A DNA stretch of 64,000 nt from an uncultured virus (IMG/VR IMGVR_UViG_3300047157_000163) (IMGVR_UViG_3300047157_000163); one strand, 5' to 3'; shown: positions 1-8,700, numbered from the stretch's first letter. Notes: generated from the sequence alone by a model not told the origin. Numbers and translations are program-made.

Positions 1-494
1 GTTGTGGTACTGCTAAATACATAATAAGCCTCGTCTGTAAGGCTCCCGTTTGTATTTACAGCGGTAACGTCTATAACTATAAAGTTATTGTCGTCTTCGT
101 AGTCGTATGAGCTCGTAACAGAGTATTCTCCACGTACGTTAGGGTTACCTACTTCTACAATAACAAATTTTGTAGCTACAATAGTACTTAACATGTGACT
201 CACGTCAAGACTGTCTTCTAACATGTGCTTACTTATCGTAAAACGCCCTACAGCTGACAGCTGCACCACAGAATTGCTGTCGCCAACCCAAAAATCTCCT
301 TTTACACGGTCTGCTAAGCCTAATATATGTCTGAAAGACAGTTGCCCCTCGGATGTAATAACGCTTTTATTAGCGAAGTACTCCCCAATCTTCTTAAGCG
401 GGTAGTTTTTAGTTGCACCGCTAATGTCTGAGCCCAGTACTTTGTCATTTCCTGATACATCAGCATCGGTATTGTATGTGCTTACTCTAGCCAT
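1..494 (-). CDS. structural/tail-associated protein, 3' end runs off window
   Basis: ATG at 494, open frame MARVSTYNTDADVSGNDKVLGSD... to the window edge; same strand as the late arm. Confidence 0.7.
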   Translation of the reverse strand, partial: MARVSTYNTDADVSGNDKVLGSDISGATKNYPLKKIGEYFANKSVITSEGQLSFRHILGLADRVKGDFWVGDSNSVVQLSAVGRFTISKHMLEDSLDVSHMLSTIVATKFVIVEVGNPNVRGEYSVTSSYDYEDDNNFIVIDVTAVNTNGSLTDEAYYVFSSTT

Positions 495-783
495 TGCGAC
501 GCGTTACCTTATAATTGGCACTTCCCTCCTTTTTTGTCCCCTCACCACGATTTCCGCGGTTAGTAGAGACACTTACGAAGCTATTTGTGCGATGATCGAA
601 ATCCTTACCAGCTACATCACGGCCATTTTTCTTAGCAGCACGTCTTTGTGCCTGAGAATCAGCCCGTTTTTCCTTCCTAGCAGGAGAATTAGCATACCGA
701 AGGTCACGCTCTGCCTTATCCTTAGCGGCTTTAGGCGATAATTTCTGCTTTTTCAGCGGTGAACCCTTCATTCTATACATCAT
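487..783 (-). CDS. small basic protein with degenerate HNH-like motif (GKDFDH...NRG) and N-terminal SPLK motif
   Basis: ORF track; ATG at 783 preceded by a GTAATCAT box. Confidence 0.6.
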   Translation of the reverse strand: MMYRMKGSPLKKQKLSPKAAKDKAERDLRYANSPARKEKRADSQAQRRAAKKNGRDVAGKDFDHRTNSFVSVSTNRGNRGEGTKKEGSANYKVTRRNG

Positions 784-838
784 TAACTCGTTACGATCAT
801 ACATTGTATGATTACGCACACGCACGAACACTTAACAT

Positions 839-883
839 GCGACATTAGGTACTTATGTTTATTATTATATACCCTATCGTCAC
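839..883. promoter_or_regulatory. 45-bp imperfect palindrome, copy A (GCGACATTAG-N25-CTATCGTCAC)
   Basis: same arms and length as the copies at 3467 and 10168. Confidence 0.75.
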
Positions 884-903
884 ACTCCCCACTAGTTAAT
901 CAC

Positions 904-930
904 ATTCCGAAGGAATTTTTTTTATTTTTT
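904..930 (+). terminator. short hairpin plus T-tract
   Basis: ATTCC-GAA-GGAAT followed by a long T run. Confidence 0.35.
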
Positions 931-1084
931 ATAGCTCATTTAAATATAAATAAAGCAAAATCAGCCTTTTTATATCCCCCGGAATATAATTTGTTAGATA
1001 TAGGGAACTGAAGGGTAACATATATAAATATTTTGACATACACCATATGGGAAACTGATTTCTTTTTGCCAGCCCCCCTGTTGA

Positions 1085-1261
1085 TTTCCGTTTCGGGTTC
1101 ACGGTTCTCGGGTTCTGGTCCTGGTCCCGGCTACTGGTCTGGTCAGGCTAACTGTTTTCCGTGCACGGTTCGGGCTTTTCCCCTGGTCTGGTCAGGTCCT
1201 GGCTCTGGTCTGGTCCTGTGTACGAGCGAGCGAAGCGAGCGTGTATAGCGAAGCGTATAGC
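1085..1261. repeat. GC-rich CTGGTC/GCGA short-repeat tract at the divergence of the two arms; candidate genome end/packaging region
   Basis: 9 GGTC units, GAGCGAGCGAAGCGAGC, two GTATAGC boxes; no credible ORF. Confidence 0.6.
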
Positions 1262-1326
1262 ATTACCTTACAAGACCGACACGACGTGGTGTCGATAATA
1301 TATATGTAACCAAAAGAGTAATACAC

Positions 1327-1482
1327 ATGATAACATTCAAACAGTTCTTTAACGAAAACGCGAACCATCACTCATTCATCAAGTACAAGACTAACTTCGC
1401 GAACCTGACAGACGAACAGATGGAACAGATCGAATACGAGATGGGGATTGACTGGATCGACTACAGGATGGAACGGGTCTAA
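1327..1482 (+). CDS. small early protein (51 aa)
   Basis: MITFKQFFNE...; lies between elements 1 and 2. Confidence 0.7.
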   Translation: MITFKQFFNENANHHSFIKYKTNFANLTDEQMEQIEYEMGIDWIDYRMERV

Positions 1483-1539
1483 CCTACAGACCCAACACGA
1501 GTGACTGACGATAATATAAGTGTAACCAACAGAGACTAT

Positions 1540-1707
1540 ATGAATACTACTGACAACAACCTCGCCCTACTACAAGACCTTTACCTATGTGTGTCTGCGA
1601 CCAGACCTAAGAACATGGAACAACTCCTGGACTTCCTTGAGGAACAGATGGACATCGAACAGGATGTGTGGTTTGGTGAGGGTGACCTGAGACAGGTACG
1701 CGGGTAA
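1540..1707 (+). CDS. small acidic early protein (55 aa)
   Basis: MNTTDNNLALL...; downstream of element 2. Confidence 0.7.
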   Translation: MNTTDNNLALLQDLYLCVSATRPKNMEQLLDFLEEQMDIEQDVWFGEGDLRQVRG

Positions 1708-1774
1708 TGACCGCCCCTCACGGGATCAACACGGGACCAACCCGATAATATAAGTGTAACCAACAGACAGTAAC

Positions 1775-1924
1775 ATGACACTAACAGACAAACAGAAACA
1801 CCTAGTCCACGACCTGATGATCTTTTACATCAACCAGATGACTGAGACCTATGACAGCGACACAGAGTTCTGGGACGCCCATGAGGATCTGATAGAACTT
1901 GAGGACCAGTTACTGAACAGATAA
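1775..1924 (+). CDS. small acidic early protein (49 aa)
   Basis: MTLTDKQKHL...; downstream of element 3. Confidence 0.7.
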   Translation: MTLTDKQKHLVHDLMIFYINQMTETYDSDTEFWDAHEDLIELEDQLLNR

Positions 1925-2025
1925 ACAGATCCAGTCTGACGAGGCTGATCTGCTAGGGGAGTACTAAGACGACAGCATAAGTTACCGCCAGTGAGAACTG
2001 TAAGCGGCGGCTGTCGCAGCCCCGC

Positions 2026-2111
2026 GTATAGCAAATGTATAGCACTTTGTGCATAGCATTTTATACCTAGTACAATATACCTAGTGTTTATACCTAGTAT
2101 TATATACCTAC
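2026..2111. repeat. tandem GTATAGC boxes and four TATACCTA(G) repeats
   Basis: GTATAGC at 2026 and 2037; TATACCTA four times at ~13-14 bp spacing. Confidence 0.75.
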
Positions 2112-2174
2112 AATTTTCTTACAAAACCTACACGATGAAGTTTCGATAATATAAGTGTAACAAAAAGAGAATAT

Positions 2175-2345
2175 ATGAAAACTCCAATCAACTTCCAAGA
2201 CTATCTAAACTTTAGAAAAGACCAGGTAGCACATGACATGTTCCGAGTGCTATACAGCGATCTGTCTGCAAATGGGCAAAACGAAATAGACGACGAAGTC
2301 GGCACTGAATTCATAAAAATATTCAACCTACTATACAACAGTTAA
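2175..2345 (+). CDS. small early protein (56 aa)
   Basis: MKTPINFQDY...; between elements 4 and 5. Confidence 0.7.
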   Translation: MKTPINFQDYLNFRKDQVAHDMFRVLYSDLSANGQNEIDDEVGTEFIKIFNLLYNS

Positions 2346-2403
2346 CTTACAAAACCAATACGAGTACTAAACGATAATATAAACGTAACTAAAACAAAGT
2401 AAC

Positions 2404-2724
2404 ATGAAAAACCAAAAAGAAATTGTACGTCAAGCAATCGCTAAAATGTCTGACGCTGAAAAAGCAAAAGTGTTTCCTCCAATCGAACGTAAGAACTTCG
2501 TAGTGCGTGAAAACTGGTACGGCCGTAATCAAATCATTACGTTTGTCAACAACAAAAAGCAACGTATAACGTACAACCACGATGAAGCTCTCAAGCTCAT
2601 GTTGCCTAAACTCAAGCTCCAAGCTTGCTGGCAGAAGCGCGGCTACTGGTCTCAATCGACTGATATGCCAATGATTGTTCGACACTCTGATGCAGTGTTA
2701 GAGCGTACTGAGGTGGCCAAATAG
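2404..2724 (+). CDS. hypothetical early protein (106 aa)
   Basis: ORF track; downstream of element 5. Confidence 0.8.
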   Translation: MKNQKEIVRQAIAKMSDAEKAKVFPPIERKNFVVRENWYGRNQIITFVNNKKQRITYNHDEALKLMLPKLKLQACWQKRGYWSQSTDMPMIVRHSDAVLERTEVAK

Positions 2725-2803
2725 GCCCCTCACCCTCCGGGGTGCTATACATGCTGTACACACCTACAAAACCGACACGAGTACCAATCGATAATATAAC
2801 TGA

Positions 2804-2893
2804 ATGAAACGAATACTAACTGAATATGCTGAGCCAGCAATCGTGCTGGGAGCTGTAACCATTGTAACCATATTTCTGATCTATGCACACTAA
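2804..2893 (+). CDS. 29-aa hydrophobic peptide
   Basis: MKRILTEYAEPAIVLGAVTIVTIFLIYAH directly after element 6. Confidence 0.45.
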   Translation: MKRILTEYAEPAIVLGAVTIVTIFLIYAH

Positions 2894-3089
2894 ACTAGAT
2901 AACATCCAACTGATCGCGCTCACAGCGCTTGTAACCATGACACTGATCTCTGCGCTATACACAGTGCTACATGAGCCACAGGGACCAACCTCAGCCATAA
3001 TCGTACACGATGGTACAATAGACGTCTGGTCATCTGAACACCTGGAAATGATCGACGGCGTTCTTTACATAACCAACACGAGCAAATAA
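2883..3089 (+). CDS. small membrane protein
   Basis: N-terminal hydrophobic helix; stop codon lies inside element 7. Confidence 0.6.
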   Translation: MHTKLDNIQLIALTALVTMTLISALYTVLHEPQGPTSAIIVHDGTIDVWSSEHLEMIDGVLYITNTSK

Positions 3090-3122
3090 CGATAATATAA
3101 CTGTAACTAAAAAAGTAATACC

Positions 3123-3284
3123 ATGACAGCAACCGAATTCCAAACAATCCACGCAGACGCACACGAAGCTATTAGATACTTCTACGAGATAGGTATGATA
3201 GATAACCTGCACGGCGACCAACAACACTACGTTGAAGCACTAATCAAATTCGCTGCACATAAAATGCACATTGAGCTAGGGTAA
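3123..3284 (+). CDS. small early protein (53 aa)
   Basis: MTATEFQTIH...; downstream of element 7. Confidence 0.7.
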   Translation: MTATEFQTIHADAHEAIRYFYEIGMIDNLHGDQQHYVEALIKFAAHKMHIELG

Positions 3285-3466
3285 CACCTAGCCCCTTCGG
3301 GGGTGCTATACACCGGCCTGCTCCTGAAATAAGAGCGGAAGAGTAGACTCCGCCCTACATAAAGGTTTTTATGCTATACACCGGCACGTCGGCGGAAACG
3401 AAAAAAACGGTATGCAGAAACATCGGTGGTTCGAGTTTCTCACCTATTTTTTACCAAAACAAAAGT

Positions 3467-3511
3467 GTGACAATAGGGTGTTATGTAGTATACTTAATAG
3501 GCTAATGTCAC
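3467..3511. promoter_or_regulatory. 45-bp imperfect palindrome, copy B (GTGACAATAG-N25-CTAATGTCAC)
   Basis: direct reading; matches copies A and C. Confidence 0.75.
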
Positions 3512-3688
3512 TATTTACTAAGTATGCTACGAAAACAGAGTATGTAAACTATTTTTTTACCACACTCACAGGGTCGGGGTAGTACCCCTTCTTCTCTATT
3601 TGCTTATAAATGAAGTATATACTTTTACAAGATGAACACGATACCGAAACGATAATATATATGTAACTGAGAAACAAAAAAAAAGAGT

Positions 3689-3889
3689 ATGAAAAACTAC
3701 AGGGGAAAAGAAGTAAAATTGGTGTGTTCGAGCACCGGTGTTGAAATGAGTGTTGGTAGTGAAGTATTGAGTTTCCGTGGTGAGCGGAGTGTTATTACTT
3801 CGATCGCCCCACCTCACAAGTCGAGTGCAAGTGGTTACGTAAATAACTACTATGCTGGAGTGTATAACTTAGAATTCGTTGAGCTATGA
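3689..3889 (+). CDS. hypothetical early protein
   Basis: ORF track; downstream of element 8. Confidence 0.75.
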   Translation: MKNYRGKEVKLVCSSTGVEMSVGSEVLSFRGERSVITSIAPPHKSSASGYVNNYYAGVYNLEFVEL

Positions 3890-4116
3890 GTAAGTTAAAA
3901 GTAGGTGATAAAGTATGGTGGCGAGGTGGCTTCGGTTCCGATCCGCGTAAGGTAGCTACGGTTGAAGAAATTGAAATCACCGGTGGTTATAAGTACGGCG
4001 AGCAGGTAGATGAGGTTGATTGGGAAGAGGTGTATGACCGCAATGTTGTGGTGAGTTTCTCTGACTACGCTAACTGGGCCTACGCTGAACAGATAAAACG
4101 GTACATACAAGATTAA
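3886..4116 (+). CDS. hypothetical protein, SH3/KOW-like start (LKVGDKVW)
   Basis: ORF track; ATGA overlap with the previous gene. Confidence 0.75.
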   Translation: MSKLKVGDKVWWRGGFGSDPRKVATVEEIEITGGYKYGEQVDEVDWEEVYDRNVVVSFSDYANWAYAEQIKRYIQD

Positions 4117-4161
4117 CACGACCACCGATCGATAATATAAGCGTAACTAAATATAAGTATT

Positions 4162-4311
4162 ATGACTACTGAAGACTTTGAGTACATTAACAACACACCT
4201 ATATGGCCGAGTAGATTAATCTTCAATGCCTCGCTGTTGTACGGTAAAAAATTAAAAGACCTAACTAAGCACGAACTGTTTGAAGTGCGCAAGTATTCAC
4301 TAAACAAATAA
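4162..4311 (+). CDS. small early protein (49 aa)
   Basis: MTTEDFEYIN...; downstream of element 9. Confidence 0.6.
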   Translation: MTTEDFEYINNTPIWPSRLIFNASLLYGKKLKDLTKHELFEVRKYSLNK

Positions 4312-4317
4312 AGTATT

Positions 4318-4545
4318 ATGGACCGACCATACAAATACATTACGGTACTTGATTACTCAAACGGCCAAGTATACCTATACGACTACGACGAAACTAAAAT
4401 GCCGAATGCAGCGGATTTCGTTAAAACACGCCACGACTTAGATGACGTGAACTATATGGTGCACCAATACAAACCAGCACTATGGACGAAAGACGTGTAC
4501 TACTGCACTAAAGAGCAAGCATACCAATTAACTAACGAAGACTAA
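4318..4545 (+). CDS. hypothetical protein
   Basis: ORF track, tight gene packing. Confidence 0.7.
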   Translation: MDRPYKYITVLDYSNGQVYLYDYDETKMPNAADFVKTRHDLDDVNYMVHQYKPALWTKDVYYCTKEQAYQLTNED

Positions 4546-4549
4546 CATT

Positions 4550-4753
4550 ATGAGTGTAATTAACGGAGTAAGAGAGTATTGTTTAAAGCAGATCGGTGCA
4601 TACCCTTCGCTAGAAACTGAAATAGTAGGTTACTTCAACCTATTTATGACTGAGATTGACGATGAGTCAGCGAGTGAAGACCACGAAGCAGAGATGTTGT
4701 ACGAAGATGTAGACACGCTTATTGAAGAGTATAAAGCGAGCTTACAAAACTAA
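4550..4753 (+). CDS. small acidic protein
   Basis: ORF track; ends inside element 10. Confidence 0.7.
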   Translation: MSVINGVREYCLKQIGAYPSLETEIVGYFNLFMTEIDDESASEDHEAEMLYEDVDTLIEEYKASLQN

Positions 4754-4797
4754 CACGACACCTATTCGATAATATAAATGTAACTAATTATAACACT

Positions 4798-5181
4798 ATG
4801 CAATTTCTTAAAAAAACAAAACAGGGTAACTTACATTACATACTTAATGACGGCCGTCTCGGTGCCGTGTACCCTGATACCGGTTATGTGCGAGTGTCAC
4901 GTTCTATGAATGGCTTTGCTGACGACGAACGCAGTCAGTACTACAAAACACGCCAACGCCAGAGTAACGTCGATGCAATTAAAAACGGTAACACTGGTAA
5001 TGTCGCTATGTACCAAATCAACCCACAACGTAAATACGATCGCTATGTAGTATGGGATACCGATAAGTACGGTCGCGAGTTGTACATTAAATTCCGCAGC
5101 ACCGAACGTGTGCTATACCCGAACGATACCGTAACCCTCGTCCTTTTACTACAAAAGTTCGAAACTAAAAACTGCAAGTAA
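4798..5181 (+). CDS. hypothetical protein
   Basis: ORF track; downstream of element 10. Confidence 0.75.
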   Translation: MQFLKKTKQGNLHYILNDGRLGAVYPDTGYVRVSRSMNGFADDERSQYYKTRQRQSNVDAIKNGNTGNVAMYQINPQRKYDRYVVWDTDKYGRELYIKFRSTERVLYPNDTVTLVLLLQKFETKNCK

Positions 5182-5570
5182 TGGAAATCAGAGCAACACC
5201 AATGTCACACTCCAAGCTTATTGAGTTTGACGTAAACAAAATAAAGCAAGTATACTATGGCCGTCTCGATAACTGCCGTTGCGGTTGTGCCGGTGATTAT
5301 TTTAAAGCCGGTGAAGACGACGCTGAAATTACTAAAGCACTTGAGCTACTCAATGAGTACTCTAACTCACCAATCGAGAATGTGTCGTACGATCGCTTTA
5401 CCTACAAAGACCCATCGCAAAACGAATTGTACTTTGAAATACAAACCGAAACACGTGACTTTGCTGGGTGGGATAGTGTTGAAGGCACTCATGACGACGG
5501 TGACTATGACCCTGACTACCACCAAAGTGATGAGGGTGATGTAGGGTATGCATTCTACATACAAGATTAA
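5181..5570 (+). CDS. hypothetical protein with CxCGCxG motif and acidic tail
   Basis: ORF track. Confidence 0.75.
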   Translation: MEIRATPMSHSKLIEFDVNKIKQVYYGRLDNCRCGCAGDYFKAGEDDAEITKALELLNEYSNSPIENVSYDRFTYKDPSQNELYFEIQTETRDFAGWDSVEGTHDDGDYDPDYHQSDEGDVGYAFYIQD

Positions 5571-5606
5571 CACGACACCTATTCGATAATATAATAAACA
5601 AACGAT

Positions 5607-5804
5607 ATGACACAGAAAGAACTCACTACGCATGCTACGGTTATTACCGAAGCTGTACTAGACAACATGTACTCTACCGTATCTAATTATATGGAAGACG
5701 TACTAGAACACGACCCTTACATGAACGACTTCAGTGCAGTGCACGACGAGTTATTCTTTGAGTGTGTGAAAGCAATTGGTAACCTTCAAATTGAAATCAA
5801 ATGA
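5607..5804 (+). CDS. small acidic protein
   Basis: ORF track; downstream of element 11. Confidence 0.7.
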   Translation: MTQKELTTHATVITEAVLDNMYSTVSNYMEDVLEHDPYMNDFSAVHDELFFECVKAIGNLQIEIK

Positions 5805-6115
5805 CACTAAAACAACTAAATCAAATGAGTTACGATAAAATCGTATTTCTCTGGAACGAATACTGCGAAGATGTCAACTACTTCACCGACATGCTATACA
5901 CCAACGACGACGAAGCCTTCAGTACATTCGGTTTCACTATCAACGGTACGCTAATCAACAGCACTAATGAAGTATACGACTGGGACGACGAATTCGTAAC
6001 TGCTGACGGCTATGGTAACCCATTGTCCGCTGCTGACCCTAAAATACTTATGGACCTTGATGCCTTGCTCGAGTGGTACTTACAAAAGCAACACGACACC
6101 GGATCGATAAAATAA
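5801..6115 (+). CDS. acidic hypothetical protein
   Basis: ORF track; runs into element 12. Confidence 0.75.
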   Translation: MTLKQLNQMSYDKIVFLWNEYCEDVNYFTDMLYTNDDEAFSTFGFTINGTLINSTNEVYDWDDEFVTADGYGNPLSAADPKILMDLDALLEWYLQKQHDTGSIK

Positions 6116-6140
6116 TTGTAACAAATAAAATCTTGTAACT

Positions 6141-6383
6141 ATGGAAACTCTTTATGACCGCTTAAAGCCTGAATTGTTAGGCAAACTAATGCACAACCGC
6201 ACAAAATACGAATTTGCTGTTGACCGCTGTTTGACTTTATTACAAAGCAAATACCGCTACCATGATTTAACTATTGACGATGCAAACTACATATCTACAT
6301 TTGCAGAAGCCGACTGGGTAGGTGCTTCCAGCGTTGAGTTGCGCCACGGTGATTATATGTTTAACGAACCTAAAACTAAATAA
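6141..6383 (+). CDS. hypothetical protein
   Basis: ORF track; downstream of element 12. Confidence 0.7.
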   Translation: METLYDRLKPELLGKLMHNRTKYEFAVDRCLTLLQSKYRYHDLTIDDANYISTFAEADWVGASSVELRHGDYMFNEPKTK

Positions 6384-6384
6384 C

Positions 6385-6771
6385 ATGAGTGATTTTATAC
6401 CACAAGACCCCGATGACATTAAAACCTTTGATGCACTACTTGCTGAGTACAACACCGTGCAAGGTTGCGAACTAAAGTTTTTCTTCGACGACCACCCTTA
6501 CGATATTGATTTTACTATCAATAACGAGTACACTGCAGATGGCTACGATGTATGGGTAATGCGATCAACCAACGAGGGTATATGCTTATGCGATAACGTG
6601 TACTACAACCAACCTGATGCCGATGATGTACTGCGTGAGTTAGAATATGCCGAAGAATGCAATATATACTGCGAGCTTGAGCAATACGAAATTGAAGCAG
6701 CTTTACGTGACCGCTTATATACTAACTACGATAACTATAAAACCAATCTTGAAGATGAAAAAGTCAAATAG
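6385..6771 (+). CDS. very acidic hypothetical protein
   Basis: start moved to ATG 6385 (MSDFIPQD). Confidence 0.7.
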   Translation: MSDFIPQDPDDIKTFDALLAEYNTVQGCELKFFFDDHPYDIDFTINNEYTADGYDVWVMRSTNEGICLCDNVYYNQPDADDVLRELEYAEECNIYCELEQYEIEAALRDRLYTNYDNYKTNLEDEKVK

Positions 6772-6997
6772 CGAAATGCGCCCACTACCTAAATGGTTTG
6801 ATGGCGAAGTGTACACTGAGGGTGGCACGGCACGTAACCCATACACTGGCGACGTTGCAGAATTAAATGCGAATGAACTCGCTATGTACGATCTTATTCT
6901 AGGCGCTGAAAGACTTGGTGCTTATAGAGTAATGCAGTTGGGACTAGGTTGGTTCCGAATTGCAAACCCCGAGGCCTATATGGTGTTACTCGATTAG
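6755..6997 (+). CDS. hypothetical protein
   Basis: start moved to ATG 6755 (MKKSNSEMRPLPKWF). Confidence 0.7.
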   Translation: MKKSNSEMRPLPKWFDGEVYTEGGTARNPYTGDVAELNANELAMYDLILGAERLGAYRVMQLGLGWFRIANPEAYMVLLD

Positions 6998-7105
6998 TTA
7001 CGAGATGTAAGAGCGCTGGAGATAATATTTTTAGCGGAGTAGGGTCAAAGGCGTTCTTACAAAACTAACACGAGTACCCAACGATAATATAATAAACAAA
7101 AGAAA

Positions 7106-7813
7106 ATGAGCAAGAAAGTAATTTGGTTTGACGGTAGCAATGTATTCGTTGCACGCTTAGGCAAAACAACAAACGCTAAGATATCAGATGGTTTACCTGT
7201 TCTACAAACGTATACCTTTAGCTACGAGCAGTGGAGTTTGGCCACTACAAGCAAAGGTTTTGGTATCAAAGCATTCTTTGCACTTGATCACTCAAATTGT
7301 CTGGACTGCCCATTTTCTTTAGGTAACGGTAACGGCGGTTGCTATACGCACAAATTCCAACAATACGTCGGCTTTCTTTCACTGCTGCGAAGTATCAAAC
7401 CTGAAGAACTCAGCCCCTTCAACGATTTGAAATTCAAGCAGTTACTGAAGTTAGCTTCGGGGTCTTATGTAAGATTTGGCACGTATGGTGAGCCGTCGCT
7501 TATCGCACCTAATGTTGTTGCTGCGATCGTCGCAGTAGCTAAAACCTGGACCGGCTATACCCACCAATGGCAAAAACCATTTGCTGCTGAGCACGGTAAA
7601 TACTTTATGGCTTCCGTACACAATCAAGCTGAAGCTGACGAAGCTCGTGATAAGTCATACCGATCTTTTATTGCAAGCCATGACAATTCCGAAAAAGCCG
7701 TATCTTGTCCAGCCTCTAAAGAAGCAGGCTTTAAATCTAACTGCGCCAAGTGTGGCTTATGCAGTGGCATATTAGGCAAGGGTAAGAAAGATATTAAAAT
7801 ACTACAACACTAA
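7106..7813 (+). CDS. Cys-rich, putative Fe-S/radical-SAM-like phage protein (Gp88-like)
   Basis: CxxC...GCY, VRFGTYGEP, WTGYTHQW, C-terminal CPA...CxxCxLC. Confidence 0.55.
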   Translation: MSKKVIWFDGSNVFVARLGKTTNAKISDGLPVLQTYTFSYEQWSLATTSKGFGIKAFFALDHSNCLDCPFSLGNGNGGCYTHKFQQYVGFLSLLRSIKPEELSPFNDLKFKQLLKLASGSYVRFGTYGEPSLIAPNVVAAIVAVAKTWTGYTHQWQKPFAAEHGKYFMASVHNQAEADEARDKSYRSFIASHDNSEKAVSCPASKEAGFKSNCAKCGLCSGILGKGKKDIKILQH

Positions 7814-8352
7814 TGATAAATGCAACCTTCGATCAACAATTGCTAGTCCGCAATTACTGGTCAACCATTGAAGAAACCCATGATGTAGGCCATAACCGCG
7901 AACGCCGAAATGTGCTATACCGCTTTTCATTCTTCGTTGCTTGCCGTGAAATAACAAACTTATCGCTAAGCACTATAGGTAACATACTTAATAAAGACCA
8001 TGCTACCGTTATACATGCAATGAAAAACCACGAAGGCAATTATAGATTTGATGCGCAGTACCGCGAAATCTATACTGAAATACACGCTTGCTTAACTGAT
8101 ATCATTGGTGCTAACACTGAAAAAGTTTATAGTGTTATTAGAGATCGTGCAATGCAGGTTGATTCTAATTTGTACCATGATCATATCATTGAAACCTATA
8201 AACAGCGAATTGTTTCTCAAGAGCGAGAGTATAATGATAAAACTGAAGTACTGAAAAGCACTTTACTGAAAACCCAAAAGCACAATAAAATGCTACAAAA
8301 ACGTGTAGACACTTTAAATACTGAATGTTTAAGACTAAAAAATCTAATATGA
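7813..8352 (+). CDS. DnaA domain IV (Bac_DnaA_C)-like DNA-binding protein with C-terminal coiled coil
   Basis: SLSTIGNILNKDHATVIHAMK matches the DnaA signature SLxxIGxxFxxRDHTTVxHA. Confidence 0.75.
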   Translation: MINATFDQQLLVRNYWSTIEETHDVGHNRERRNVLYRFSFFVACREITNLSLSTIGNILNKDHATVIHAMKNHEGNYRFDAQYREIYTEIHACLTDIIGANTEKVYSVIRDRAMQVDSNLYHDHIIETYKQRIVSQEREYNDKTEVLKSTLLKTQKHNKMLQKRVDTLNTECLRLKNLI

Positions 8353-8489
8353 GCAAGATGGAACAGTTTCTGCGTATCGCTAATGCAAGGTTACGTAAGG
8401 TTTATAAGAATAAAACTCAACGCAAAGCGTGGGCTGCAAATATGTGGCGACGCTGGCTAGAGAGACAGAATATAGAAAAAGATTTATAA
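8349..8489 (+). CDS. small basic protein (46 aa)
   Basis: MSKMEQFLRIANARL...; ATGA overlap. Confidence 0.55.
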   Translation: MSKMEQFLRIANARLRKVYKNKTQRKAWAANMWRRWLERQNIEKDL

Positions 8490-8700
8490 AATAAGGGGAG
8501 GGGTTTTTACTAACTTAAAACTAAACGTAATGGTTATTCGTTCCCTCCCTTTATTAACCTTTAACACCAAAGAGAGATGAGTATAACAGATTTATGTCTA
8601 CGAGACTTAGACGATAACGGAATTGAAGCAGATTAAGTTCTTACAAAACGAACACGACCACCTAACGATAATATATATGTAACAATAAAACCACAATACT

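Larger units (their letters stand above)
1268..8683 (+). promoter_or_regulatory. array of 14 dispersed 43-bp elements, consensus tTACAArAc-rACACGA-N8-CGATAATATA-N3-GTAAC; probable phage early promoters
   Basis: copies start at 1268, 1484, 1718, 2119, 2347, 2764, 3065, 3625, 4105, 4742, 5559, 6080, 7057, 8641; all same orientation, invariant N8 spacer, each just upstream of an ATG. Confidence 0.9.

Noticed and set aside
1033..1248. 71-aa Ser/Gly/Pro ORF
   Set aside because: Translation of the CTGGTC repeat tract; TTG start and no leader
3400..3450. tRNA-like GGTTCGAG
   Set aside because: No T-stem pairing or cloverleaf
8493..8533. long-loop hairpin AAGGGGAGGG...TCCCTCCCTT as an ncRNA
   Set aside because: Could be a weak terminator or processing stem; no further support
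1268..8683. CRISPR array or integron attC array
   Set aside because: Spacers are 170-1500 bp whole genes, repeats are degenerate and mostly not hairpins, and no cas or integron integrase was seen
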